Shown piece by piece: positions 19,048 through 27,703 of a DNA stretch of 64,000 nucleotides. The notes under the pieces are model-generated. The model saw nothing but the letters and a program-made list of their open reading frames with translations, searched no databases and had not been told where the DNA came from. Origin of the DNA: Thermoproteota archaeon (GTDB lineage: Archaea; Thermoproteota; Bathyarchaeia; Bathyarchaeales; Bathyarchaeaceae); the NCBI GenBank assembly GCA_042565955.1, contig JBHORG010000008.1, forward strand, positions 1,258-65,257. The letters run 5' to 3'. The position numbers were made by a program, and so were the translations under genes. Numbering within the stretch: the stretch's first letter is position 1; the number at the start of each line of letters is the position of its first letter.

Positions 19048-19425
19048 GTGCATGAACTTTCAATAACAACACAAATCGTTGAGAGCGTCCTAACTGCAGC
19101 AAAAAAGCAGGACGCAAAAAAGGTCACGGAAGTTCAGTTGGTAATAGGCAAAATGACATTTCTAGGAACAGAGCAAGTTCGCTTCTCATATGACATACTA
19201 ACTGAAAACACTATAATGAAAGACTCAAAACTGATAATCGAAGAGAAGGATGGTGTTATAGAGTGTTCCAGTTGTGGATACAGAGGAGAAATACAAGTTG
19301 GGGATGACCCCTCATATCATGTACCAATTCCAACCCTTCGATGCCCCAAATGCGAAAAAGCATCAAAAATTGTTGAAGGAAAAGAGTGCACAATAAAGAG
19401 CATAAGAATGGTCAAAGAGGGCTGA
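19048..19425 (+). CDS. hypA: hydrogenase nickel-insertion protein HypA
   Basis: 125 aa with an MHE N-terminus and a zinc site (CSSCG...CPKC). Confidence 0.9.
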   Translation: MHELSITTQIVESVLTAAKKQDAKKVTEVQLVIGKMTFLGTEQVRFSYDILTENTIMKDSKLIIEEKDGVIECSSCGYRGEIQVGDDPSYHVPIPTLRCPKCEKASKIVEGKECTIKSIRMVKEG

Positions 19426-19428
19426 GAA

Positions 19429-20520
19429 GTGAAAGCATTAAACACATACAACTTCAGAGATCCCATCTTAGCAAAGAAGGTTGCGAAGCATACCAAAAAG
19501 ATAGCCCCGCCATATGAAGTAAAGTTTTGTCATGTCTGTGGAACCCATGAGTGGACAATCACCCATTATGGTCTTCGGTCTCTTCTTCCTGAGAATGTGG
19601 ACGTTATTGCTGGACCAGGATGCCCAGTCTGCATTCTTCCAGCATCAGATATCGACGAAGCCATAGAACTAACAAAAAAGGGTGTAACTGTCACAACTTT
19701 TGGAGACCTTATCAGAGTTCCAGGATCAAAAACTTCCCTTCAAAAAGCCAAAGCTTCAGGTGGAAACGTACGAATAGTTTACGGTTTAAGAGACGCCATT
19801 CAGATGGCTAAAAAGAGTCCAGACAAAGAGTTCGTGTTCTTTGCCGTCGGCTTCGAAACCACATCACCGTCTACAGCCATCGAAGTCTTAAATAAGCCTC
19901 CTGAAAACTTTAGTTTTCTTGTTTCACATAGGCTAATTCCGCCAGCAATGGAACTGCTTTTGGGTATAGGTGACTTGCATATTGATGGTTTTATTGCCGC
20001 GGGCCATGTTTCCACGATTACTGGAATGAAGCTTTATGAGGTGTTTCCAGAGGCTTATAGGATGCCAACTGTTGTTGCTGGGTTTGAGCCGTTGGATGTT
20101 CTTTTCGCTGTTGATATGTTAGTTCAGCAGGTGAAAGATGGTGTTGCAAGGCTGGAAAATGAGTATAAACGTGTTGTTTCATGGGAGGGCAACATTAGGG
20201 CTCAGAATCTGGTAGAGCAGGTGTTTGATGTTGTTGATGGGAGTTGGCGGGGACTTGGAAAGCTTCCAAAGTCAGGACTGGTGCTAAAGAAGGAGTTTTC
20301 TGCATTTGATGCAAGAAAAAAGTTTGACCTACATATAGAAGATTCAAGAGACATCCTGAAGGGTTGCCTGTGCCATTTGGTTATGATTGGGAAGATTAAG
20401 CCATCTGAGTGCCCCAGTTACATGACGAGTTGTGTTCCAGAATCTCCAAAGGGAGCGTGCATGGTTTCAAATGAAGGCACATGTAGAATCTGGGCAAAAC
20501 ATAGAGTATCCAAAATTTAG
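19429..20520 (+). CDS. hypD: hydrogenase maturation protein HypD
   Basis: 363 aa with a GTG start and the motifs CHVCGTHE, GPGCPVC, FAVGFETT. Confidence 0.95.
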   Translation: MKALNTYNFRDPILAKKVAKHTKKIAPPYEVKFCHVCGTHEWTITHYGLRSLLPENVDVIAGPGCPVCILPASDIDEAIELTKKGVTVTTFGDLIRVPGSKTSLQKAKASGGNVRIVYGLRDAIQMAKKSPDKEFVFFAVGFETTSPSTAIEVLNKPPENFSFLVSHRLIPPAMELLLGIGDLHIDGFIAAGHVSTITGMKLYEVFPEAYRMPTVVAGFEPLDVLFAVDMLVQQVKDGVARLENEYKRVVSWEGNIRAQNLVEQVFDVVDGSWRGLGKLPKSGLVLKKEFSAFDARKKFDLHIEDSRDILKGCLCHLVMIGKIKPSECPSYMTSCVPESPKGACMVSNEGTCRIWAKHRVSKI

Positions 20521-20742
20521 GTGAACTTTTGCTTATCTCTACTAGAAGCTTAGTTAATTATGGTTTGTTTACCGTTTTTGGAAGTGAGTTGTCATAAATG
20601 TTAATGAGGCCTTTGAACGGTCCAGAAAGACAGAGGGTCATTATCATGACATTATTTGTATTAATTCCTGATCATTTATATTGAAACAATATAAACTCAA
20701 GAAATCTTGATTATATAGATATTTTGTGTCGTCAGCATAAGT

Positions 20743-20955
20743 CTAGTGGTAATACCGATTGTCACTAGTCTTCTTTATGCTGCCAAGAAGACTTCCAACC
20801 AAATAGGGTAACCAATACTGTTGTTGCAAATCTAGGTTAGCTGTCACAAATGTTACGGCAGTCTTTTTTGAAATAGCTCCCACTTCCTCAAATTTTCGAA
20901 TAATCCGTTGACGCATTTTAAATTCAATTTTCGACATAGTCAAATAATAAGCCAC
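20743..20955 (-). CDS. small hypothetical protein, possibly wHTH-like
   Basis: 70-aa track ORF. An internal MSKIEFKMRQRIIRKFEEVGAISKKTAVT... start is plausible. I recognise no family. Confidence 0.3.
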   Translation of the reverse strand: MAYYLTMSKIEFKMRQRIIRKFEEVGAISKKTAVTFVTANLDLQQQYWLPYLVGSLLGSIKKTSDNRYYH

Positions 20956-21130
20956 TCCTTCTTTCTTCCCATTGTTTCAAAGAAGAAAACCCAAAATAAA
21001 TGGTAAAACACGACAAGTCTTCTTGTCGACATTCACTAAGAGAATTCCACACATATTAACAATGCACGGTTGCATATATAGCGTGCTGGTATTCAAAAAA
21101 ATGAGAGGAATTTTAATCATATTTGAAAAT

Positions 21131-21340
21131 TTATAGATTGCTTTCTTCCAATGCTTGCACGAATGTTTTTTTCTTCAAGGCCCAAGGAGTTGTTGGTCTC
21201 TTGTAAGTTTTTACTAGTCCTGCATTCTTAAGATTTGGAATTGCACCCCACATCATCTTAGGGAGATTGGAAACCAGTAGTTCACCCTTTACTTTTATGA
21301 AATCGTAAACTTTTCTTTCAAACTCAGTTATTTTTAACAA
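21131..21340 (-). CDS. small hypothetical protein, possibly wHTH-like DNA binder
   Basis: 69 aa (MLKITEFERKVYDFIKVKGELLVSNLP...GLVKTYKR). The helix-rich pattern resembles small archaeal wHTH proteins, with weak support. Confidence 0.35.
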   Translation of the reverse strand: MLKITEFERKVYDFIKVKGELLVSNLPKMMWGAIPNLKNAGLVKTYKRPTTPWALKKKTFVQALEESNL

Positions 21341-21421
21341 TTATGTTCCTCCTAATCATATAAAATTCCTACAATAATATTGTGCGCCACGTATTAAATC
21401 AATTTACTAAGTGGTTAAAAT

Positions 21422-21670
21422 TTAATCCTTTGATCTATTCACATGTTTTCTGTAGATTGTTATTATTAAGGTTGTAATTAGAAATACTGGTAGAATAATC
21501 CATGACGGAGCATCTGGAATGCCATATTCATCAGTTCTGATTAACCAAAGATCAGAGTTCCCAGCACCAAAAGATTCTGTGAAACCAGTTAAGGTAAATC
21601 CTCCATCAAACGTCTCAACCAACGCGAAAATACCATCAAAAGCTCACCCTCCATATACTTTGTTCCACAT
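21422..21670 (-). pseudogene. remnant of a cell-surface repeat protein (one YGG...DGG...SFGAG..D.WL..TD..G repeat plus a C-terminal TM anchor) with an in-frame TGA
   Basis: The track ORF 21422..21622 continues upstream in the same frame as [19 protein letters not shown]... There is no signal peptide, and an in-frame TAG lies 5 codons upstream of the ATG. Confidence 0.5.
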
Positions 21671-22049
21671 TGTTGAAGATGCTCTAACAACAATAGTAAA
21701 TAAAATACTAAATTAAACAAAAAGAACTCTGTTGGTGGCAAAAACAAATTTACGGTTAGTCATTCTCTTCGTTATTACATCTTATTTAGTTAGCATTTTT
21801 GGAAAGAACCTTGACTTGGTCAATTTTGTGTGTGTTTATATCCGTACGGTGTTACACGTCAGGGATGGAAAGAGAGCAAGAAAACGAACATAAACAAGGA
21901 CAATGGATAAAAAACGTAGACACTTGAAAACTTGGGAGTGTGATTAAACAAATACACACCCTAAGTCAAGGATTTGGGATTACTCAGTGAGGTTGCTTAA
22001 AATATATATGGTCTATCGATATAATTGATAGCTGTTGGGTGAAAATTTA

Positions 22050-22850
22050 ATGAAACCCTTTCGATTAGTTGTTATCGTGGCTTCCTTCAGCATTTTTTTT
22101 GCAGCATTTTGTGGTGTTGTTTTTGCTCTTGATCAAGATGAAGTACGGGTATCTGTGGCTTGGTCGAGTGAAATATATTCTAGGGGTAGTAGCCAAACGG
22201 TAACTGTGTTATTAATAAGTGATAGTTCTGAACAATTGACAATTAACTATTTTGGTCTACACGTTGATTGGATGGATTCAGACCAATTTATTGGATCTGA
22301 TCTATCTGATGATCCTGTGATTATTCCCGCTTATGGGAATGAATATTTTTCTCCAATAACTATACAAATTCCTGAAGACGTAAGTGTTGGGCCACACAGC
22401 TATTTTTTGGGTATTGATGGAATACAGGGTGTATCTACTAGTTTCTCTTGGGATTCTCCTACTCTGACTTTGGTAGTTCAGAATTCTGGAATAGACATCT
22501 ACAGTGAGTTGGTAAACAAAGTAGGGGGTAACATATCTGAAGCGGTTAACGCAAACTATCAAAGTTCTGAAGCGAAATCACTTTTGAACCAAGCACAAAA
22601 CGTGTATGATCAAGCACTTTCTTTAGGAAATGAAGAAAAATGGAATGAGGCGATCTCTGCGTTGCAGGATGCTTCCACTTACCTTGAACAAGCAGACAAT
22701 GAAGAGCAAAAACATATTGAAACTAATACTCAACAAGATACGCTATTAATCATAGTTGGAGTAGCCGTAGTTGTGACTGTTTTAATAATTACTTTGGTTA
22801 TGATAAAACGAAAACAAAATCCAATAGTTGACCAACAAACTAAAACCTAG
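22050..22850 (+). CDS. secreted/membrane-anchored hypothetical protein
   Basis: It has an N-terminal hydrophobic signal/anchor (MKPFRLVVIVASFSIFFAAFCGVVFA), a beta-rich middle, a helical Q/E/N-rich segment and a C-terminal TM segment followed by KRK. Confidence 0.55.
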   Translation: MKPFRLVVIVASFSIFFAAFCGVVFALDQDEVRVSVAWSSEIYSRGSSQTVTVLLISDSSEQLTINYFGLHVDWMDSDQFIGSDLSDDPVIIPAYGNEYFSPITIQIPEDVSVGPHSYFLGIDGIQGVSTSFSWDSPTLTLVVQNSGIDIYSELVNKVGGNISEAVNANYQSSEAKSLLNQAQNVYDQALSLGNEEKWNEAISALQDASTYLEQADNEEQKHIETNTQQDTLLIIVGVAVVVTVLIITLVMIKRKQNPIVDQQTKT

Positions 22851-23073
22851 ACTTCCTTTGGATTCGGGCACGATTTCTTATACTTTATGGGAGACAAAAG
22901 TTATTTTCCTTTTTTTCCAGTTATCATGAAATATGTATTTCTAACTTTGTTAAAATTACATTCTAGTTAACTTCGAAAGTTTAGAAGATTGAAACTGATA
23001 ATTGGGAAACGGCATCTTTTTTAGAAGCATTCAAAATTTATTATCAAATGTTTGTAAACTGGTGAACTGATCA

Positions 23074-23808
23074 TTGGGGTCTTCGTTATTCAATTCTGAA
23101 AAAAAAAGAAATCTCCTTTGCTATAATGAAATATTAATACTTAAACAAAACATTCCTAATGCAATAACGAGTCTGCGTCTTGTAGTCTTACCTCATCTAG
23201 TTTACTCATTTAACCATCAAAATACACTTGTTGCTTATGCGTTGTTTATTTTCGCCATTGGAACAGACCTTGCGGACGGTTATATTGCAAGAAAACTAAA
23301 TTCAACTTCAAAGCTCGGTGCTTATCTTGATGCAACTATTGATTTTTTCTTCAGCTCAGGAATGTACATAGCATTCATTATCAATGGGATATATTCTCCA
23401 TGGATTCTTCTCATTATTGCTTCCATTTTTTCACAATTTATTATATTAAATGTGTACGTGAAAAAGACGATCTATGATCCCATTGGCAAATATTATGGTA
23501 GTCTTCTCTTTGGCGGTATAGGATTAACATTACTCTTCCCAGATCAGCTAGTCTATAATATTGTAACTTTTGGAATTGTAATTTCTACTTTAGCCTCCAT
23601 TATCAGCCGTTTAACATACTTTTTTTCGTACAAGAAAGAAAAAAATAGCTTTATTCTTATTCAGGATAATTTACCAAGAATAAGTGTAGGAAATGATAAT
23701 ACTAATCAAACACTTTTGAGAAACTGTCTATATTCTGATTGGATTCTTTTACAATCAATTGAGAATTTAGAAGTTCACACATTTAAGAAGTTAGATGCCC
23801 ATACTTAA
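23074..23808 (+). CDS. CDP-alcohol phosphatidyltransferase family membrane protein
   Basis: The family motif D(x)2DG(x)2AR...G(x)3D(x)3D is visible (GTDLADGYIARKLNSTSKLGAYLDATIDFF), along with multiple TM segments. Confidence 0.8.
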   Translation: MGSSLFNSEKKRNLLCYNEILILKQNIPNAITSLRLVVLPHLVYSFNHQNTLVAYALFIFAIGTDLADGYIARKLNSTSKLGAYLDATIDFFFSSGMYIAFIINGIYSPWILLIIASIFSQFIILNVYVKKTIYDPIGKYYGSLLFGGIGLTLLFPDQLVYNIVTFGIVISTLASIISRLTYFFSYKKEKNSFILIQDNLPRISVGNDNTNQTLLRNCLYSDWILLQSIENLEVHTFKKLDAHT

Positions 23809-23846
23809 ATTCAATAAATGATTTCTTCAAGCTTCAAGTGATCTTC

Positions 23847-24386
23847 ATGCCTGCAATATTCTTACACTCCACATTTGCTTACTTGATAAATAGATGGAAT
23901 TCCAGATTTAGTTTACCTGCACTTTTGGTTGGAACATTAATACCAGATATAGAAGTACCTATAGTTTTTTTCTTAACTAATGGTGTCATAGATCGACTTA
24001 TATTCCATAGCATTATAGGTGCTATCACTGTGGGAACGTTTGTTTCGATTGCTATTGTGCTAATTATCTATCCACATTTTGTTTCCTTCCTTTTCAGGAT
24101 CAAAAAACAAGATATTAAGAAAAAATGTCGTTTTTCAGGAACTTTGGTAGGTTTGTGCATTGTTGGAAACCTTTCTCATGTACTAATCGATGCGACTCAC
24201 CATGAATTTAATCCCCTGTTGTATCCTATATTCAAAGAATCTTCTAATTTCCTCCGAATTTCCAGTGATCAAAGCTTTGATGTTAAATTAGTAACAATAT
24301 TATTGTCTGCGATTTTTCTCGTGTTAGTTATTGTTTCTGCAAGAAAAGGAGTGAAGGGCTTTTGGAAACAAATGTTAGTGAGATAA
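23847..24386 (+). CDS. polytopic membrane protein with conserved His residues (DUF4184/YdjM-like metal-dependent hydrolase?)
   Basis: About 180 aa with an MPAIFLHSTFAY N-terminus, PDIEVP, HSIIGA and SHVLIDATHHEFNP. The family assignment is from memory only. Confidence 0.45.
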   Translation: MPAIFLHSTFAYLINRWNSRFSLPALLVGTLIPDIEVPIVFFLTNGVIDRLIFHSIIGAITVGTFVSIAIVLIIYPHFVSFLFRIKKQDIKKKCRFSGTLVGLCIVGNLSHVLIDATHHEFNPLLYPIFKESSNFLRISSDQSFDVKLVTILLSAIFLVLVIVSARKGVKGFWKQMLVR

Positions 24387-24860
24387 CAGAGTTTTAATAA
24401 AAAAAGCCAAACTGTTTTCTAGTCGGGCTTTGAAAAAAAAGAAGCATAATAACCAAAAATACAACCTTGACTATTCAGACTTCTTGAGCATATGTTCTAT
24501 TGGAACTTTCCAGAAAAGGAAAAAGAGTTCTGTGAAGAAAATATAAGCAAGGGGTTTATTCTCGACACCAAAGTGGAACGAACTCACTTCGTCCGCGACA
24601 TTACAACTCTATCTGCTCATTGAATGAATAAATATCAGCCATCAACAGAAGAATTATTGAGCAAAGAAGAGCACTTTACACATTCAAAACTGAAACACTC
24701 ATGTGTTTTAACATGTTTACGTGGGATGAATTAATAAAGAGAGTAACAGAAGAGAATAGAAAATACTTTTGACAAAATCTTAAACTTTTCAACAATCAAC
24801 TTGAAAGTAGTTTTGTAGAAAATAGAAATCCTCGAGTTGAGTCTAAGCCCTTGGCGCATG

Positions 24861-25148
24861 TTAGGCCCGACTAGGACACCGTTTTTGTCGTGCGTTTATC
24901 GTCAGCCTTTTTGATGGACGCACTCGATGCCTATACGCATTACACTTTAGGTATTGTCCAGCCATTCTCAGCATAGTCCTTATCGCATTAAGGTCTTCAG
25001 CTGTTTCGACCTATCTGCTCAATGCTTCGATGCAATACCCGAGCGTGCTCCCCAACTCGGGGAATATATCTTGGGAATATAGTGGAAGAAATAGTTTATC
25101 GAAAGCAAGAACATCACGAAAATGAGGGGCATAAAGTTTTTTTAACAC
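24861..25148 (-). pseudogene. possible degraded small ORF (GTG + 45 codons, in-frame TAG at 25011-25013, then 49 codons) in a locally GC-rich patch; it could alternatively be a structured RNA
   Basis: Hand translation gives MLKKLYAPHFRDVLAFDKLFLPLYSQDIFPELGSTLGYCIEALSR-TAG-VETAEDLNAIRTMLRMAGQYLKCNAYRHRVRPSKRLTINARQKRCPSRA. Both halves fall below the track length cutoff. Confidence 0.25.
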
Positions 25149-25280
25149 ATTTTTGTCAAAAAATTTGGGTATTTCACTAGCTCAGCCATCAACAGGGCAC
25201 ATGGAACACGAAAACAGAGGTTTATAAGATCAATATTCCGTGAAAAACTAACTTTGTGACTTATGATTCACGTGTTATTG

Positions 25281-26327
25281 TTAGCATATTCTTGGGATTG
25301 GGTCTCCTACTGGAGGAGGCAAGATTCGTTTTCCACTAACCACCGTTTCTAGAACAACCTCGCTAAAGTCACTTGTTGCTTCGCCAATTATTGTTGCATC
25401 CTTACCTTCTTTAGTCGCTTTTAGTACCGTCAAAACTTCTTCAACTTTCTGCGCTACTACGCCTATTAGCACTTTACCTTCGTTTCCTATCTCCAATGGA
25501 TCCAAGCCAAGCATTTCGCAGGCGACCTTCACGTCACCCCTAATAGGTACATTTGACTCATGCACCATTAAACCAACATTCGACTTGGTGCTCCACTCAT
25601 TCAATGAATTAGATAAGCCTCCCCGAGTTGGATCCTTCATAGCAACGATTCCGCCAACTTCAAGCAACTTCTTAATTACTTTGTTCAGGGGGGTCACATC
25701 AGATTGAATGTTGCTTCCAAAATTGTAACCTTCTTGTGCGGACAGAATGGTTATTCCATGGTCTCCTATTGTACCTGAAAGGATAATTTTGTCTCCCTCT
25801 CGGAGGTTAGAATCTAGAATCCAATCCGAATCGAAACGACGATGCCGCTTAACCTCACGGATGTTAGTTTCGAGTGCCTCACTTCGTTTCCCAATTCCGG
25901 AGGTATTAATAAGGCAACCTCCAAAACCGCTCTTCTCAATAACCTTAGTATCGCCAGTAACAACATATACACCAGCTTCTTTACATGCTTGGTCCATACT
26001 CTCCAAGATTCTGTCCAAATCCGCCATTAGAAAACCTTCCTCTAACACCATACCACATGTAAGAGCCAAGGGTTGAGCACCAATCATTGAAATATCATTA
26101 ACGGTCCCCGCAACAGCCAGCCTTCCTATGTCCCCACCGGGAAAAAAGAGGGGTTTTACAGCATGAGAATCTGACTTCAGAACAATATTATCTACTACCG
26201 CAGAATCGTCTAGGGCTTCTAACGGAACCTCAGCGTTGCTTCCACCAAGATATTTCAAAACATGATTTTTAATGAGATCACCCATGACTGTTCCGCCTGC
26301 TCCATGAGCCATAGTTATACGCTTCAT
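25281..26327 (-). CDS. hypE: hydrogenase maturation protein HypE
   Basis: AIR-synthase-like fold. The start was placed at MKRITMAHGAGG, since the track start at 26414 adds 29 aa. It has the canonical C-terminal ...PRIC. Confidence 0.9.
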   Translation of the reverse strand: MKRITMAHGAGGTVMGDLIKNHVLKYLGGSNAEVPLEALDDSAVVDNIVLKSDSHAVKPLFFPGGDIGRLAVAGTVNDISMIGAQPLALTCGMVLEEGFLMADLDRILESMDQACKEAGVYVVTGDTKVIEKSGFGGCLINTSGIGKRSEALETNIREVKRHRRFDSDWILDSNLREGDKIILSGTIGDHGITILSAQEGYNFGSNIQSDVTPLNKVIKKLLEVGGIVAMKDPTRGGLSNSLNEWSTKSNVGLMVHESNVPIRGDVKVACEMLGLDPLEIGNEGKVLIGVVAQKVEEVLTVLKATKEGKDATIIGEATSDFSEVVLETVVSGKRILPPPVGDPIPRIC

Positions 26328-26781
26328 TGAAAATTCCTCAGGAAAGGTTTGCGACTCCACGTTCTTAAACACTACCAAATAATGATAAGGGGTAGGGCTG
26401 ATTTTTCGTTCCATAGAATAACGTTTAACGGTACATTGAACAGCAATCTATTCCAAAATAGTCGATTTCAATCATTGTTTAGAGCAGGTTCTTACCGATT
26501 TTCCAGAACTTAGAGATTAACTAAGAGAAGATAACAAAAAAATTGCAACGAGTTTGCTTTTACATTATTACCAAAACATCTACGGTATCAACACTTATCC
26601 AATTCTGCTTCTACAATGAAACATAAAGAATTCTTGGCTGACCGTGTTTCATATTCCTTTTTTGTACATTTATAGTGTTGAGGTTAGTTATAGGCAATCA
26701 ATAAGATTTATAACCGTTCATGAAATCTAATTCACAACAATATATCGTTTCAAATGGACAGCACATTCTGGGGTATAAAAA

Positions 26782-27702
26782 ATGCCTATAAAACGGCTCA
26801 AAAACGAGACTGAGAACGAACTTGTCATAGAGCTGGTTTTACATACTAAGAATTATTCACTGAAGTTAGATAGGAAAGAGTGCGTGGGCTGTGGGGTCTG
26901 CATGGAAATCTGCCCCCGAGAGGCCATAGAAGTTACGAGAACAGCAAAAAAAGAAGTCGAAAAAGCGAAGTCTCCTACAGTAACAATTAGTGAACAAAAA
27001 TGTAATTATTGTGGGATGTGTGAAGCCATCTGTCCCTTTGGAGCCTTGAATACAAAAATTAATGGAGAGCATGTGGTTTCAGTAGTTGATACTGAAAGCT
27101 TCCCTAAAATAAAACGGGAGATTGAGATCGATAAAACCAAGTGTGGTTTGGAGTGTTTAGAAATTGAGAAAGCTTGTCCCCTTGACCACATTAAAGTAAG
27201 CATTTGTAGTCCAGACGAAAACGTTACAGATGTAGCTTCAAAATCAAAGAAGGAAAATCTCAAAGTCAAAGTAGAGATAAACAAAGAATCATGTCCTTGT
27301 TGCCGGTATTGCGAAACAAAGTTTCCAGATGGTGCAATACATGTAGAAAAAATGTTCTTCGGAAGCCTTAGAATTAATAGCAAAAAATGTCCCGACGGAT
27401 GCCAAGACTGCGTTGATGTTTGTCCTATTCCAGATGTTCTGTATTTTTCTGACAATAAAGTGCATGTTAATGATTCACATTGTGTCTATTGTGGTGCCTG
27501 TAAGATAACCTGCCCAGAGGAAGAGGCACTAGAACTTAACAGGACGCGCGTACGCCACAGTGAGGTTCGTTCTGGAGCATGGAATAAGGCTCTTGAGAAA
27601 CTTGCGTCAACCAATGCGGTAACAAAGGAGATGCAAAACAAGAACGCAAAGAGGCTCAAGAAAGTAGTAAGTAAAAGACTGTGCCCAGAGGAGCTGGACT
27701 AG
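26782..27702 (+). CDS. polyferredoxin (multiple 4Fe-4S domains)
   Basis: 306 aa with at least six Cys-cluster motifs (CVGCGVCMEICP, CNYCGMCEAICP, CPCCRYCETKFP, CQDCVDVCP, CVYCGACKITCP...). Its stop lies 1 nt before the hdrA start. Confidence 0.85.
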   Translation: MPIKRLKNETENELVIELVLHTKNYSLKLDRKECVGCGVCMEICPREAIEVTRTAKKEVEKAKSPTVTISEQKCNYCGMCEAICPFGALNTKINGEHVVSVVDTESFPKIKREIEIDKTKCGLECLEIEKACPLDHIKVSICSPDENVTDVASKSKKENLKVKVEINKESCPCCRYCETKFPDGAIHVEKMFFGSLRINSKKCPDGCQDCVDVCPIPDVLYFSDNKVHVNDSHCVYCGACKITCPEEEALELNRTRVRHSEVRSGAWNKALEKLASTNAVTKEMQNKNAKRLKKVVSKRLCPEELD

Positions 27703-27703
27703 A

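Noticed and set aside
19423-19431. hypA and hypD lie in the same reading frame, separated only by TGA plus one codon, so read-through could in principle give a HypA-HypD fusion
   Set aside because: The frame coincidence has a 1-in-3 chance. HypA ends at its normal C-terminus and HypD has its own GTG start. Nothing else supports recoding.
21644-21646. Two in-frame TGA codons (here and at 42894-42896) as possible selenocysteine or a reassigned stop
   Set aside because: TGA ends top6B, aor, hypA, HMGR and cca at conserved C-termini. Both affected genes show other signs of decay (truncation, frameshift). I did not see an obvious SECIS-like hairpin, though I cannot scan rigorously by eye.
25011-25013. 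The in-frame TAG as a possible pyrrolysine or recoded codon
   Set aside because: TAG terminates the cupin gene, the M24 peptidase, aIF2-beta, DUF424 and prs at their expected C-termini. No pyl genes are in the window. A pseudogene or non-coding region is the simpler reading.
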